Below the pieces are notes generated by a model. It was not told the DNA's origin. It made no database searches and saw only the letters and a program-made list of their open reading frames with translations. From positions 4,672,001 to 4,736,000 of the forward strand of contig CBDCJO010000002.1 of the NCBI GenBank assembly GCA_965217865.1: a stretch of 64,000 nt of DNA, in the 5' to 3' direction. The stretch is from Candidatus Latescibacterota bacterium. Lineage in GTDB: Bacteria > Latescibacterota > UBA2968 > SICM01. Numbering within the stretch: position 1 is the first letter of the stretch; every line of letters begins with the position of its first letter. Made by a program: the position numbers and the translations under genes. Positions 19,908-28,337 of the stretch are shown here, one piece after another.

Positions 19908-20327
19908 ATGTTATCCCTGACGCATCCAATTGTCGACATTGCGATCACACCCAGTCGCTTTGAAGCATCTCTGCACTTCTACCATGAATGTCTGGGCCTG
20001 GATATTGTAATGGATCTTAAAATTCCGGAGGATGTGGCAAAAGAGGCCGGGTTGGCCCCCGGATCCTTCCGACAGGTACGCTTAAAAGCTGGGAACACGT
20101 TGATCAAACTGATGGACATCGATTCGCCGCCGCCGAAGCCGGAAGAGGGTTTCAGGGCAGGGGTAAGATGGTTGACATTTTTCGTCGCGAATATCGAGGA
20201 GACAATAGAATTGTTGGAACGGAATGGATTAAAGTTTCTTTCAGACCCAGTAAAGGCCCCCGATGTTGCCGGCGTAGCCTGTGTTCGAGACCCCGACGGG
20301 ATTTTAATCGAGTTTGTTCAGCTTTGA
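19908..20327 (+). CDS. VOC/glyoxalase family protein
   Basis: SLHFYHECLGL, WLTFFVANIEE, VRDPDGILIEFVQ. Confidence 0.88.
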   Translation: MLSLTHPIVDIAITPSRFEASLHFYHECLGLDIVMDLKIPEDVAKEAGLAPGSFRQVRLKAGNTLIKLMDIDSPPPKPEEGFRAGVRWLTFFVANIEETIELLERNGLKFLSDPVKAPDVAGVACVRDPDGILIEFVQL

Positions 20328-20354
20328 TAAAACTGAACCGCCGTGGGAGGCTAG

Positions 20355-21880
20355 CAGCCTGTTGAAAAAGTGCGTTTATGCCAAGATGACTGTTGTCTTT
20401 CCTTGTGGTTTGGTCCTATGATATATCAGGTTCAAACTGAGAAGGGAGGACGAGCAAATGGCAATGGGAAAACGAGGACGACAGAGACAGGAAAACCTGT
20501 TCATCGCATCGAACACTTTGGTGAAATCTCCGGGTCATCCGTTCTACGAGAAGCTGAATCAGGTATTGGGGGCGAACGGCTTCGACGAGTTCGTCGAGGG
20601 GCTTTGCCAGCGGTATTACGCTCCTCATATGGGTCGCAAGGGCATTCCGCCCGGGGTTTATTTTCGGATGCTTTTGATTGGGTATTTCGAGGGACTTGAT
20701 TCGGAACGTGGGATCGAATGGCGTGTATCTGACTCGCTGACGTTGCGCCGGTTTTTGGGGTATGCCCTTGACGAACAGACCCCGGATCATTCCAGCCTGT
20801 CTCGCATCCGGCATCGGCTTCCCTTGGAAGTTCACGAAGCGGTTTTCAAGTGGATCCTGAGGGTCTTGTGCAAAGCGGGTCTGGTGAAGGGGAAGACGTT
20901 GGGCGTGGATGCTACGACACTGGAGGCCAACGCCGCGATGCGCAGCATTGTACGCCGTGACACGGGTGAAGGCTACCAGGCATTCCTTGAGAATCTGGCC
21001 AAGGCCTCGGGCATTGAAACGCCTACCCGCGAGGACTTGTCCAAGATCGATAAGAAGCGACCGAAGAAGGGATCGAACCAGGACTGGGAGCACCCGCACG
21101 ACCCGGATGCCAAGATCGCTAAGATGAAGGACGGTCGCACGCACATGGCGCACAAGGTGGAGCACGCGGTGGATCTGGACACCAATGCCATTGTGGCAGT
21201 GGCGTTGTCGGGAGCAGATGAAGGAGATACCGAGTCGTTGCCCTGGACGCTGCTCGAGGCGCAGCTCAATCTCAAGCAGGTCGCGAAGGACGAAAAAGCT
21301 GCCAAACGTTTGCACAGACAGCGTATACGGGAGGTGGTTGCGGACAAAGGATATCATAGCAACGATGTATTGACCAGTCTGAAGCAAGGCGGCATCCGGA
21401 GTTACATTTCAGAACCGGATCGGGGACGCCGCAAGTGGAACGGCCGACGAGATGAGCAGGCCGCGGTATATGCGAATCGACGCCGGATCAAGGGAGATCG
21501 CGGCAAGGCCTTGCGCCGAAGTCGTGCAGAACGGGTGGAAAGAACCATCGCTCACACATATGATACCGGTGGCATGCGCAGGTTGCACTTGAGAGACCGC
21601 GGCAATATCCTCAAGCGTTTGCTGATCCACATCGGGGGCTGCAACCTGGCTCTGCTCATGCGCAAAGTGATGGGCGTAGGTACTCCGAAGGCCCTCCAGG
21701 ACCTGGCCAAGGCCTTGCAGCGTCTACTGCTCGTCCTACAATCACGTTTGCTGCCCTCGGTCACCTTTTTAACCTCTTATCAGCGTCTCCTGCTCAATCT
21801 CCTTACCTTGATTTATCTGACCCGCACTCCAGGCGTCTTTTCCGTTTATGTGCGTTGAAAGGTAGTTCTTCAACGGGCTG
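20355..21880 (+). mobile_element. IS1182-like insertion sequence, copy 2 (1526 bp)
   Basis: Same terminal inverted repeats; flanked by CTAG direct repeats (20351-20354 and 21881-21884); reverse complement of copy 1. Confidence 0.92.
20458..21858 (+). CDS. DDE transposase, copy 2
   Basis: 466 aa, identical to copy 1 except EAQLN versus EAPLN. Confidence 0.93.
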   Translation: MAMGKRGRQRQENLFIASNTLVKSPGHPFYEKLNQVLGANGFDEFVEGLCQRYYAPHMGRKGIPPGVYFRMLLIGYFEGLDSERGIEWRVSDSLTLRRFLGYALDEQTPDHSSLSRIRHRLPLEVHEAVFKWILRVLCKAGLVKGKTLGVDATTLEANAAMRSIVRRDTGEGYQAFLENLAKASGIETPTREDLSKIDKKRPKKGSNQDWEHPHDPDAKIAKMKDGRTHMAHKVEHAVDLDTNAIVAVALSGADEGDTESLPWTLLEAQLNLKQVAKDEKAAKRLHRQRIREVVADKGYHSNDVLTSLKQGGIRSYISEPDRGRRKWNGRRDEQAAVYANRRRIKGDRGKALRRSRAERVERTIAHTYDTGGMRRLHLRDRGNILKRLLIHIGGCNLALLMRKVMGVGTPKALQDLAKALQRLLLVLQSRLLPSVTFLTSYQRLLLNLLTLIYLTRTPGVFSVYVR

Positions 21881-21901
21881 CTAGGGAGCGGCCGGATGTT
21901 T

Positions 21902-22771
21902 TTAACCGAACCCGACGATCAAGGCTATTCCGGCAAACATGACAAGGGAGGCGAACAACCGGGAGGGGCCGTAGGGTTCGCGCAGCAGGAAACTCCCCAT
22001 GACCACCCCGAAAACGATACTCAACTGGCGTATCGCGGTGACGTAACCGACACGTTCGATTCGGAGGGCTTCCAGGGCCAGGAGGTAGCCCAGGAGGGAA
22101 ACGGCGCCGGCCAGGACTATGGCCACTCGGTGGGTTCGCCATTCGGCCAGGATCCGTCCCCGGCGGGAACGGCAGATGTATGGAATGTAGAGAAGGAAGC
22201 TGAGGGCCGAAAAGATATAAAGATAGAGAAAGGGCTCGACCTGTTCCACACCACGATCATCGATGAGTGAATAAGCGGCCACAAGAATCGTGGTTGCCCA
22301 GGCCATTCGGATAGAACGATCGTGCGCTACGGCCAATACGGGCGCAGCGATCTGCTTCCAGGTGAGCCCTCTCAACTGCAGGACATATGCGCCGAGTACG
22401 ACCGTAAATATCCCGATTTTCCCCAAAGAGCTCATGGGATCCCCCCAGACCAGAGATGCCCATAGGAGGATGAAGATCGGGGCGGACCGGGCGATGGGGT
22501 AGACCAGGGACAGGTCTCCCTGGTCATAAGCTTCGGCGAGCGTATAGTAGTAGAGGACGTGTACTGCACCGCTGGCCAGGATGAAGGCCCAACCTGCGGG
22601 AGGGATTTCCATATCCAGGTTTAGGAGAAAGATCGGGAAGAAGAGGACCAGGGCGATCAGACGGTACCAGTAGATGAAGAGCTGTTTGTCGCCTCCCTTT
22701 TTTGTCAGGTACTCCCGGAACGCGTGGAGCATGGCGGAAGCGAGTATCAGGGTTACGGCAAAACGGTCCAA
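21902..22771 (-). CDS. EamA/DMT family transporter
   Basis: AYDQGDLSLVYPIARSAP, YSLIDD, TAIRQLSIVFGV; about 10 hydrophobic segments. Confidence 0.9.
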   Translation of the reverse strand: MDRFAVTLILASAMLHAFREYLTKKGGDKQLFIYWYRLIALVLFFPIFLLNLDMEIPPAGWAFILASGAVHVLYYYTLAEAYDQGDLSLVYPIARSAPIFILLWASLVWGDPMSSLGKIGIFTVVLGAYVLQLRGLTWKQIAAPVLAVAHDRSIRMAWATTILVAAYSLIDDRGVEQVEPFLYLYIFSALSFLLYIPYICRSRRGRILAEWRTHRVAIVLAGAVSLLGYLLALEALRIERVGYVTAIRQLSIVFGVVMGSFLLREPYGPSRLFASLVMFAGIALIVGFG

Positions 22772-22836
22772 GGTTTCCTGCCTTCTTCCGTCGTGATGCT
22801 AAGCGTTTGGGAAGGATCCTAACGGGAGCGTGTTCC

Positions 22837-23522
22837 TTATGGACCATCCATCGGTATAACATAGATCTGCCACGTGCCGGACTGTCCGGAGTTATAGAGG
22901 ACATACCTGCCATCCCAACTCAAGGTCGCGTGAGGATCCGTCCTCATCCCCTCCTCCACCTCTGGCCCCGCCACGAGTTTTTCCACCTTGCCCGTTCCCG
23001 CATCCATCAGATAGAGTCCTCCGGGTCCGTTGGTTATGATTTTGGATCCATCCGGACTGAAAATGGGGTGTCCCCCGAACTTCGATTCCGAAATCATCCG
23101 TTTGTGGCGACCGTCCGCATCGATCAGGTAGACCCGGTTGCCCTCCCGATCGGGGGGTTGGCCGGCGAACAACACGCGCTTTCCGTCGGGATGCCAGGAA
23201 TGGTGGTGCCATCCGGGATCTGAAACAAGACAGGTAAGGCCGGAACCGTCCGCGTGAGTGACCCAGAGGTCCTTGAAGGCTGCCCCGCCGTATGTGCCTC
23301 TGATCCGCATGAGGATCTTCGAGCCATCGGGGCTCCAATTGAAGTTACAGAGGCCTCCGCGGAACTGTAAACAATTTCTCGGGTTACGGGATTCCACGGA
23401 CAACAATCGTAGTAGGCGAGAATGTTGTGAGACACCCCCCCGTGATCTTCTGCGTGGGTCATTTGCCATGAGATCCTGCCGGTTTCCGGGCAGGTCAAAA
23501 CGGTCTTTCCGTGACCTTGCAT
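22837..23522 (-). pseudogene. TolB/oligogalacturonate-lyase-like beta-propeller, frameshifted and probably internally deleted
   Basis: N-terminus (CPETGRISWQMT...YYDCCPWN) lies in the 23124-23522 frame; PD40-like repeats (WSPDGSKI, WHPDGKRV, FSPDGSKI, DPHATLSWDG) lie in the 22837-23469 frame; junction at about 23345-23365. Confidence 0.7.
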
Positions 23523-23546
23523 TTTATCCTCTGTGGAAGGGAAACT

Positions 23547-24629
23547 TCAGCCCCCCCGCTTGACACGGCGTTCGAAAGCCCGAATTTCCCGTCCTCCCTC
23601 GAGAACCCCGATCTCCATGTGGAACTCTCGGACTTCACCCGGTTTGATGTACTGAAGGGTTTTATTTTTTCGGTTCCATGCACGGCCCAGCACGCTGCAA
23701 TTCCCCGGTTCGATTCCCATTACATAGGTTCCGCGGTGGAAGTGCTGCCACTGATTGACGATGGGGATCTCCCTGCAGGGAAATTTCCAGTAGATCCCCA
23801 TCTGCAGCCGATCGTTGATCAGGCCGAGGTTGACGTCCCCACCGGCGTCGGGGATGGGGCGATGTACATAGACATCGTCGTGCGCTTTTTTCTGAGGCCC
23901 CCTGGCGACTTCATAGTCTTCGGGTCCGACCTCCCGGTCTCCCTTCCACTCAGTTGTCTTCCGGCTGTTGATCACCAGTCGTGTGCCCGCATCCAGGATG
24001 GGAAACCCCGGGTTGGTGTGGTAGGCTAACATCAATGGGGAAGGATCAACGCTGAGGTTTTCGATCCGATCGTAAATTCGAAGCCGTTTTTCGCCCAGGA
24101 CGGTGGAAATCTCACGGGTTAGCTCCAGATTCGTGCCGAAGATGACGGCCTCGCGCATCTTGCCTCCCACCTTCACCACATAGTCCTCCCCTTCCCACAA
24201 GCTTTCCGCCACGACCTCCTTGGCTGGGATAAAAGATATCCGGCCGTGGAGGCCGAGTTCCTGGTTTTCCTCCTCCGGATCCACCTCAGGGTGTCCGCAG
24301 AATGTCAACCCGCAGCTGACAACCAGGCCCCCGTAAAAACCCCTGGCCCAACCCCAGCCCTCCGGCTCATAGAAGGCCGGGCCCACATCTCCGGTGTTGC
24401 TGCGAAAACAGAGGGAATGCCCTCGATAGTGGGCGGATGCGATATCAAGGGCCCGTCCGGGGAGGATGGAAAAACAGAGTCCAGAGGCATTGAAGACCTC
24501 GATCAGATCCGCCCCACGTTCATTTCCTTCCACCAGCTCCGCCCGGCGAGCTCCGGCTAACTGGGACATGTCCCCGACAAGGTCCAATAGTCGTTTTTTA
24601 TCGTAATTCCGTCCGAAAAGCCTTGGCAT
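23547..24629 (-). CDS. Aldose 1-epimerase family (DUF4432) protein
   Basis: LPGRALDIASA, LGLHGRIS, LAYHTNPGFP, YVMGIEPGN. Confidence 0.88.
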   Translation of the reverse strand: MPRLFGRNYDKKRLLDLVGDMSQLAGARRAELVEGNERGADLIEVFNASGLCFSILPGRALDIASAHYRGHSLCFRSNTGDVGPAFYEPEGWGWARGFYGGLVVSCGLTFCGHPEVDPEEENQELGLHGRISFIPAKEVVAESLWEGEDYVVKVGGKMREAVIFGTNLELTREISTVLGEKRLRIYDRIENLSVDPSPLMLAYHTNPGFPILDAGTRLVINSRKTTEWKGDREVGPEDYEVARGPQKKAHDDVYVHRPIPDAGGDVNLGLINDRLQMGIYWKFPCREIPIVNQWQHFHRGTYVMGIEPGNCSVLGRAWNRKNKTLQYIKPGEVREFHMEIGVLEGGREIRAFERRVKRGG

Positions 24630-24707
24630 GGGTGCCTCCTTTTAAAAAGCTTCCTTCTTGGATCGTTGGGATCTTTCGACCTGTTGCAGCGTTTCCCCTC
24701 AATTAGT

Positions 24708-24850
24708 TTAAGAGGCAGTCAAAATTTCTTTACGCATAAGTGACAAAATTTTCCCGGTCTTCCCCGAATCGAAGAGTCTAAAAGCTTCCGGAGCTCGGTC
24801 GATCGTGACGCCTTCATATTCTCTCCAGTTGAAGTGGATGAACCAAACAT
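24708..24850 (-). pseudogene. Probable C-terminal remnant of a Zn-dependent (MDR) dehydrogenase
   Basis: ...HFNWREYE-GVTIDRAPEAFRLFDSGKTGKIL resembles the MDR C-terminal motif; no N-terminal part is visible. Confidence 0.45.
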
Positions 24851-24889
24851 CTGATTTTAAATAAATCGTTTTGTCACCACTCTCAACTT

Positions 24890-25639
24890 TTAGAAAAGGT
24901 AGCCCGCCAAGAGAGGGGGGAGGATCATCATGGCTGCGTTGTCCCATCCGCACGGGGTGATCCCTTCGATCAGGGCACAGAGAATTCCCAGCAGAGGAAC
25001 CGTGAGGAACGATGTCGCAGAGAATTCTATTGTCGACAAGGAAAAAACCCCTATCGAGATCGCACCCACACACGCGAGAAACACACCAACGGAACCCTCG
25101 TAGCTTCGCGTGGAATGAGCTCCGCTGACCGAGAAGACCTTATAGGTATGTTTCCCAAACCTTGTTCCAACGGGTTCACCGACCGCGTCGCCAAGACCGG
25201 TCACAAGATAACCGATCACGGCCATCTGACCTAAAATGATGTTGCTGGCCAGCCCGCCGATCAGGGTTGCGAAATAAGGCGCAACGATATAGTACGTTCG
25301 ATGAGGAGCGTCCTTTTCCCTGGCGATCGCCTCATAGAAAAAGTTTCCGGGACCTCGCACGACAGCATAAAAGATGACCAGTGTGGTCATCCCACCGAAA
25401 AGGCAGACCCAGGCGGTTCCACCTGCAAGGTGGAGGGTCGCGACGCTTGAAAAAATCAGGATATGGAAGACTTTTCGGGTATAGCCGGTCTTCAGCCCTT
25501 TCCGCTTTTTGAGCCATCCGGAGATGAACAAACAGAGGGTTGCCCACAAAAGCCCCAGTGGACCGCCTATTACAATGGCGTCCCACGTCGGCATGTTATC
25601 TATGAAAAAAGAGATGGACCTTTCTGTGAATAAATCCAT
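24890..25639 (-). CDS. Polyprenol/phytol kinase-like (cytidylyltransferase family) membrane protein
   Basis: GYTRKVFHI, GLGDAVGEPVGTRFGKH, RSYEGS, GWDN motifs. Confidence 0.8.
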   Translation of the reverse strand: MDLFTERSISFFIDNMPTWDAIVIGGPLGLLWATLCLFISGWLKKRKGLKTGYTRKVFHILIFSSVATLHLAGGTAWVCLFGGMTTLVIFYAVVRGPGNFFYEAIAREKDAPHRTYYIVAPYFATLIGGLASNIILGQMAVIGYLVTGLGDAVGEPVGTRFGKHTYKVFSVSGAHSTRSYEGSVGVFLACVGAISIGVFSLSTIEFSATSFLTVPLLGILCALIEGITPCGWDNAAMMILPPLLAGYLF

Positions 25640-25738
25640 AGCCTGGTCCAGGGATCGGATTCAGGGTTTCTGTTTTCATCGATCTCCTCCTCGCGGAGAG
25701 ATGGGAACTGAAAATTGGAGGACGAGGAAGATGACGGA

Positions 25739-26356
25739 TCAACCCGGCTTCCGATCTATCAACGTTCGGAGCTCGAGGTAGTATTCAAGTTTTCGATCTC
25801 GAGGGATGGGAAGGGCCCGACTGGTGGAAGGGGCGAGGTAAACAGGTACCCCGCTGAGGCCCTCTTCCTGAAGTCCATAGGTACACGGCCGGTTGAGGAT
25901 TACCCCATAGCCGCTCTTACCGTTGAAACAGACGATCCGCGGAAGAGCCTCCCGGATCTTTTCTTTGAGAGCTTGGAAGTTCGTCCGGAATTCTCCCGGG
26001 GATAGGTCTCCGACACCGGGCGTGGATCGTTTGACCATGTCTGTGAGTCCTAGATTGTAGTTGAGAATCAGGGCGTCTTCTTCGGGTTTGAGCCTGCGGT
26101 CTGTGAACCCCGATTCAAAAAGGAAAGGCCAAAACTGGTTTCCCCTTCCGGCATAGTAATGGCCCAGAAGGGCTGACCGGGTCCCGGGATTCAACCCGAC
26201 AAAGACGACATCGAGCCCGGATTTGAGGTAATCGGGGAGCAATGAACGATCGAAGTGTGGTATCTGTTGGAGGGGATGACTACGGGATTCGCTGCTGTCG
26301 TTTCTTAACCTTGTGCGGGGTTTCACGATCCGGTTGCCCGTAAAATACACCCGCAA
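25739..26356 (-). CDS. mug: G/U mismatch-specific DNA glycosylase (start codon uncertain)
   Basis: FVGLNPG, GHYYAGRGNQFW, GLTDMVKR, PSTS. Confidence 0.88.
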   Translation of the reverse strand: MRVYFTGNRIVKPRTRLRNDSSESRSHPLQQIPHFDRSLLPDYLKSGLDVVFVGLNPGTRSALLGHYYAGRGNQFWPFLFESGFTDRRLKPEEDALILNYNLGLTDMVKRSTPGVGDLSPGEFRTNFQALKEKIREALPRIVCFNGKSGYGVILNRPCTYGLQEEGLSGVPVYLAPSTSRALPIPRDRKLEYYLELRTLIDRKPG

Positions 26357-26399
26357 ATCGCCTGTGTCAATTGACTTTTCCAGTTGATATTACTAAATT
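26342..26399. promoter_or_regulatory. Back-to-back divergent sigma70 promoters for mug and the rsmI operon
   Basis: Minus strand TTGACA(26370-26365)-N17-TATTTT; plus strand TTGACT(26371-26376)-N17-TAAATT. The abutting -35 boxes form the palindrome GTCAATTGAC. Confidence 0.6.
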
Positions 26400-26427
26400 T
26401 ATTCGAACTGATCGGATCAACGACTCG

Positions 26428-27171
26428 ATGGGCAATCCCGTAAAACAAAAAGAAGCGTTGGGGACACTGTTTGCGGTGGCCACCCCGATTGGAAATCTCG
26501 AGGATATCACTTATCGTGCTGTTCGCACGTTGAGCCAAGTCGATGCCTTAGCCTGTGAGGATACCCGTTATACACGAAGGATCTTTGAGAGATACCGGAT
26601 CTCCAAACCCGGGAAGGTATTCTCGTATCACGAGCATAACGAAGAAAGAGCCGGCACGCGGATCGTTGGTTTGTTGAGGGATGGTCGTTCGGTGGCGCTG
26701 TGTACGGACAGCGGATTTCCCGGCATTAGCGATCCCGGCTACCGCATCATATCGAAGTGTCTCGATGCCGGAATTCCCGTGGAGGTCATCCCCGGAGGGG
26801 GGGCGGTTTCCGCTGCTCTCCTGAACTCCGGCTTGCCAACATCGAGTTATACCTTCAAAGGATTTCCCCCGAGGAAACCCGGTCCCCAAATCAGGTTTCT
26901 GGAGATGGAGCAAGACATGCCCCACACGATGGTGTTGTTTGAGTCGCCTCATCGTGTCGGGAGATTATTGAGGAATGCGCTTGATGTGCTGGGAAATAGA
27001 AAAGCGGCCGTCTGCATCGAAATGACGAAGAAATTCGAAGAGATTCACAGAGGGTTCCTCGGAGAGCTTTCGGATCGATTTCGAGACACCAAGATCAGGG
27101 GAGAGGTGACGGTGGTCATCGCCGGAAAACACCCCAAATTTATTAAACAGGATGAACCTGATGTTTCTTAG
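26428..27171 (+). CDS. rsmI: 16S rRNA (cytidine(1402)-2'-O)-methyltransferase
   Basis: VATPIGNLEDITYRA, ACEDTR, GFPGISDPG, FESPHR, EMTKKFEE. Confidence 0.95.
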   Translation: MGNPVKQKEALGTLFAVATPIGNLEDITYRAVRTLSQVDALACEDTRYTRRIFERYRISKPGKVFSYHEHNEERAGTRIVGLLRDGRSVALCTDSGFPGISDPGYRIISKCLDAGIPVEVIPGGGAVSAALLNSGLPTSSYTFKGFPPRKPGPQIRFLEMEQDMPHTMVLFESPHRVGRLLRNALDVLGNRKAAVCIEMTKKFEEIHRGFLGELSDRFRDTKIRGEVTVVIAGKHPKFIKQDEPDVS

Positions 27172-27225
27172 TGGAAAAAGGAGGCCTTTCGGAGTTCGGT
27201 TTTTGTTGGGCTCTTTGGGATTTTC

Positions 27226-28332
27226 GTGAAGCGGCTTCGGACCAATCATGGCGTTCTTTCCCTCCCGTCCTTTCTACCCGACGCCACCAGGGCGGTCGTA
27301 AAATCCCTGGATGCCTCGGACCTCACCGAATGCGGTGTGAAGGGCCTCGTGGTCAACACGCTGCATCTCTCATCTCACCCTGGAACCTCTTTGATCTCCA
27401 AACAGGGAGGCGTCCATCGGTTCATGGGGTGGGATAACCCCATCATCTCAGACTCGGGGGGATACCAGGTCTATTCCTTAATATCTGAATCTCCGAAGTC
27501 GGGGGGGATCACCAGCAGGGGGTTCACATATCGCCTTGGGGGTGGCGTCAAAAAGGTCCTGACCCCCGAAAACTGCATCCAGAAACAGTGTCAAATCGGA
27601 TCGGATATCCTGGTTTGTCTGGACCATTGTACGCACCCGGACGATCCGAGGGAACTTCAGGAAACGAGCGTCAACAACACGGTCGAATGGGCCCGAAGAT
27701 GCAAGGCGGCGTTTCAGAAGAGGATGGAACAGAACCCTCCCGACGGATCGCCCCCTCTGATTTTTGCTGTCATCCAGGGGGGATCGGATCCCGACTTGAG
27801 GCGTTCTTGCTTTGAGCGGTTGTTGGAGATCGGTTTCGATGGGTACGGATACGGAGGGTGGCCGATCGATTCCAAGGGAAGACTCTTGGATATGCTCGAA
27901 TTCGTTGCGGGATTGATCCCGAACGAGTTTCCGAAACACGCTCTCGGGGTGGGCAAACCCGAAAACCTGGTACGCGCTTTCACGATGGGATATAACCTTT
28001 TCGATTGCGCGATTCCCACCCGCGATGCTCGCCACAAGCGGTTATATGTGTTTAACGAGGGATCGGATAATAAAGATCGGGACCGGGATTCTTTCTTCCA
28101 TCCCTTTTTCATCTCGGATAAGAGATATGTTCGGGATGGTCGGCCCATCGATGAGCGATGCAAATGTGTGTGTTGTCGTCGCTACTCGCGGTCTTATCTC
28201 CACCATCTTTTCAAGATTCGAGATTCCCTTGCACCCCGCCTTGCCACGATGCACAATTTGACCTTTTACACCGATCTGTTAAAAAAACTGGCGAAATCTC
28301 AAAAACCTGAGAGATCAAAACCTCAATTATAA
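27226..28332 (+). CDS. tRNA-guanine transglycosylase family protein (divergent TGT paralog)
   Basis: DSGGYQ, LDHC, QGG, FDCAIPTRDARH, Zn site CKCVCC...HNL; atypical GGWPI loop. Confidence 0.88.
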   Translation: MKRLRTNHGVLSLPSFLPDATRAVVKSLDASDLTECGVKGLVVNTLHLSSHPGTSLISKQGGVHRFMGWDNPIISDSGGYQVYSLISESPKSGGITSRGFTYRLGGGVKKVLTPENCIQKQCQIGSDILVCLDHCTHPDDPRELQETSVNNTVEWARRCKAAFQKRMEQNPPDGSPPLIFAVIQGGSDPDLRRSCFERLLEIGFDGYGYGGWPIDSKGRLLDMLEFVAGLIPNEFPKHALGVGKPENLVRAFTMGYNLFDCAIPTRDARHKRLYVFNEGSDNKDRDRDSFFHPFFISDKRYVRDGRPIDERCKCVCCRRYSRSYLHHLFKIRDSLAPRLATMHNLTFYTDLLKKLAKSQKPERSKPQL

Positions 28333-28337
28333 AACGG

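Noticed and set aside
17066-21880. An already-transposed composite transposon
   Set aside because: The outer flanks differ (TTAG versus CTAG) while each copy has its own matching duplication.
25739-28332. Dpd-type 7-deazaguanine DNA modification or defence island
   Set aside because: No dpdB/dpdC or preQ0 synthesis genes nearby, and the TGT retains a tRNA-TGT-like layout with its Zn site.
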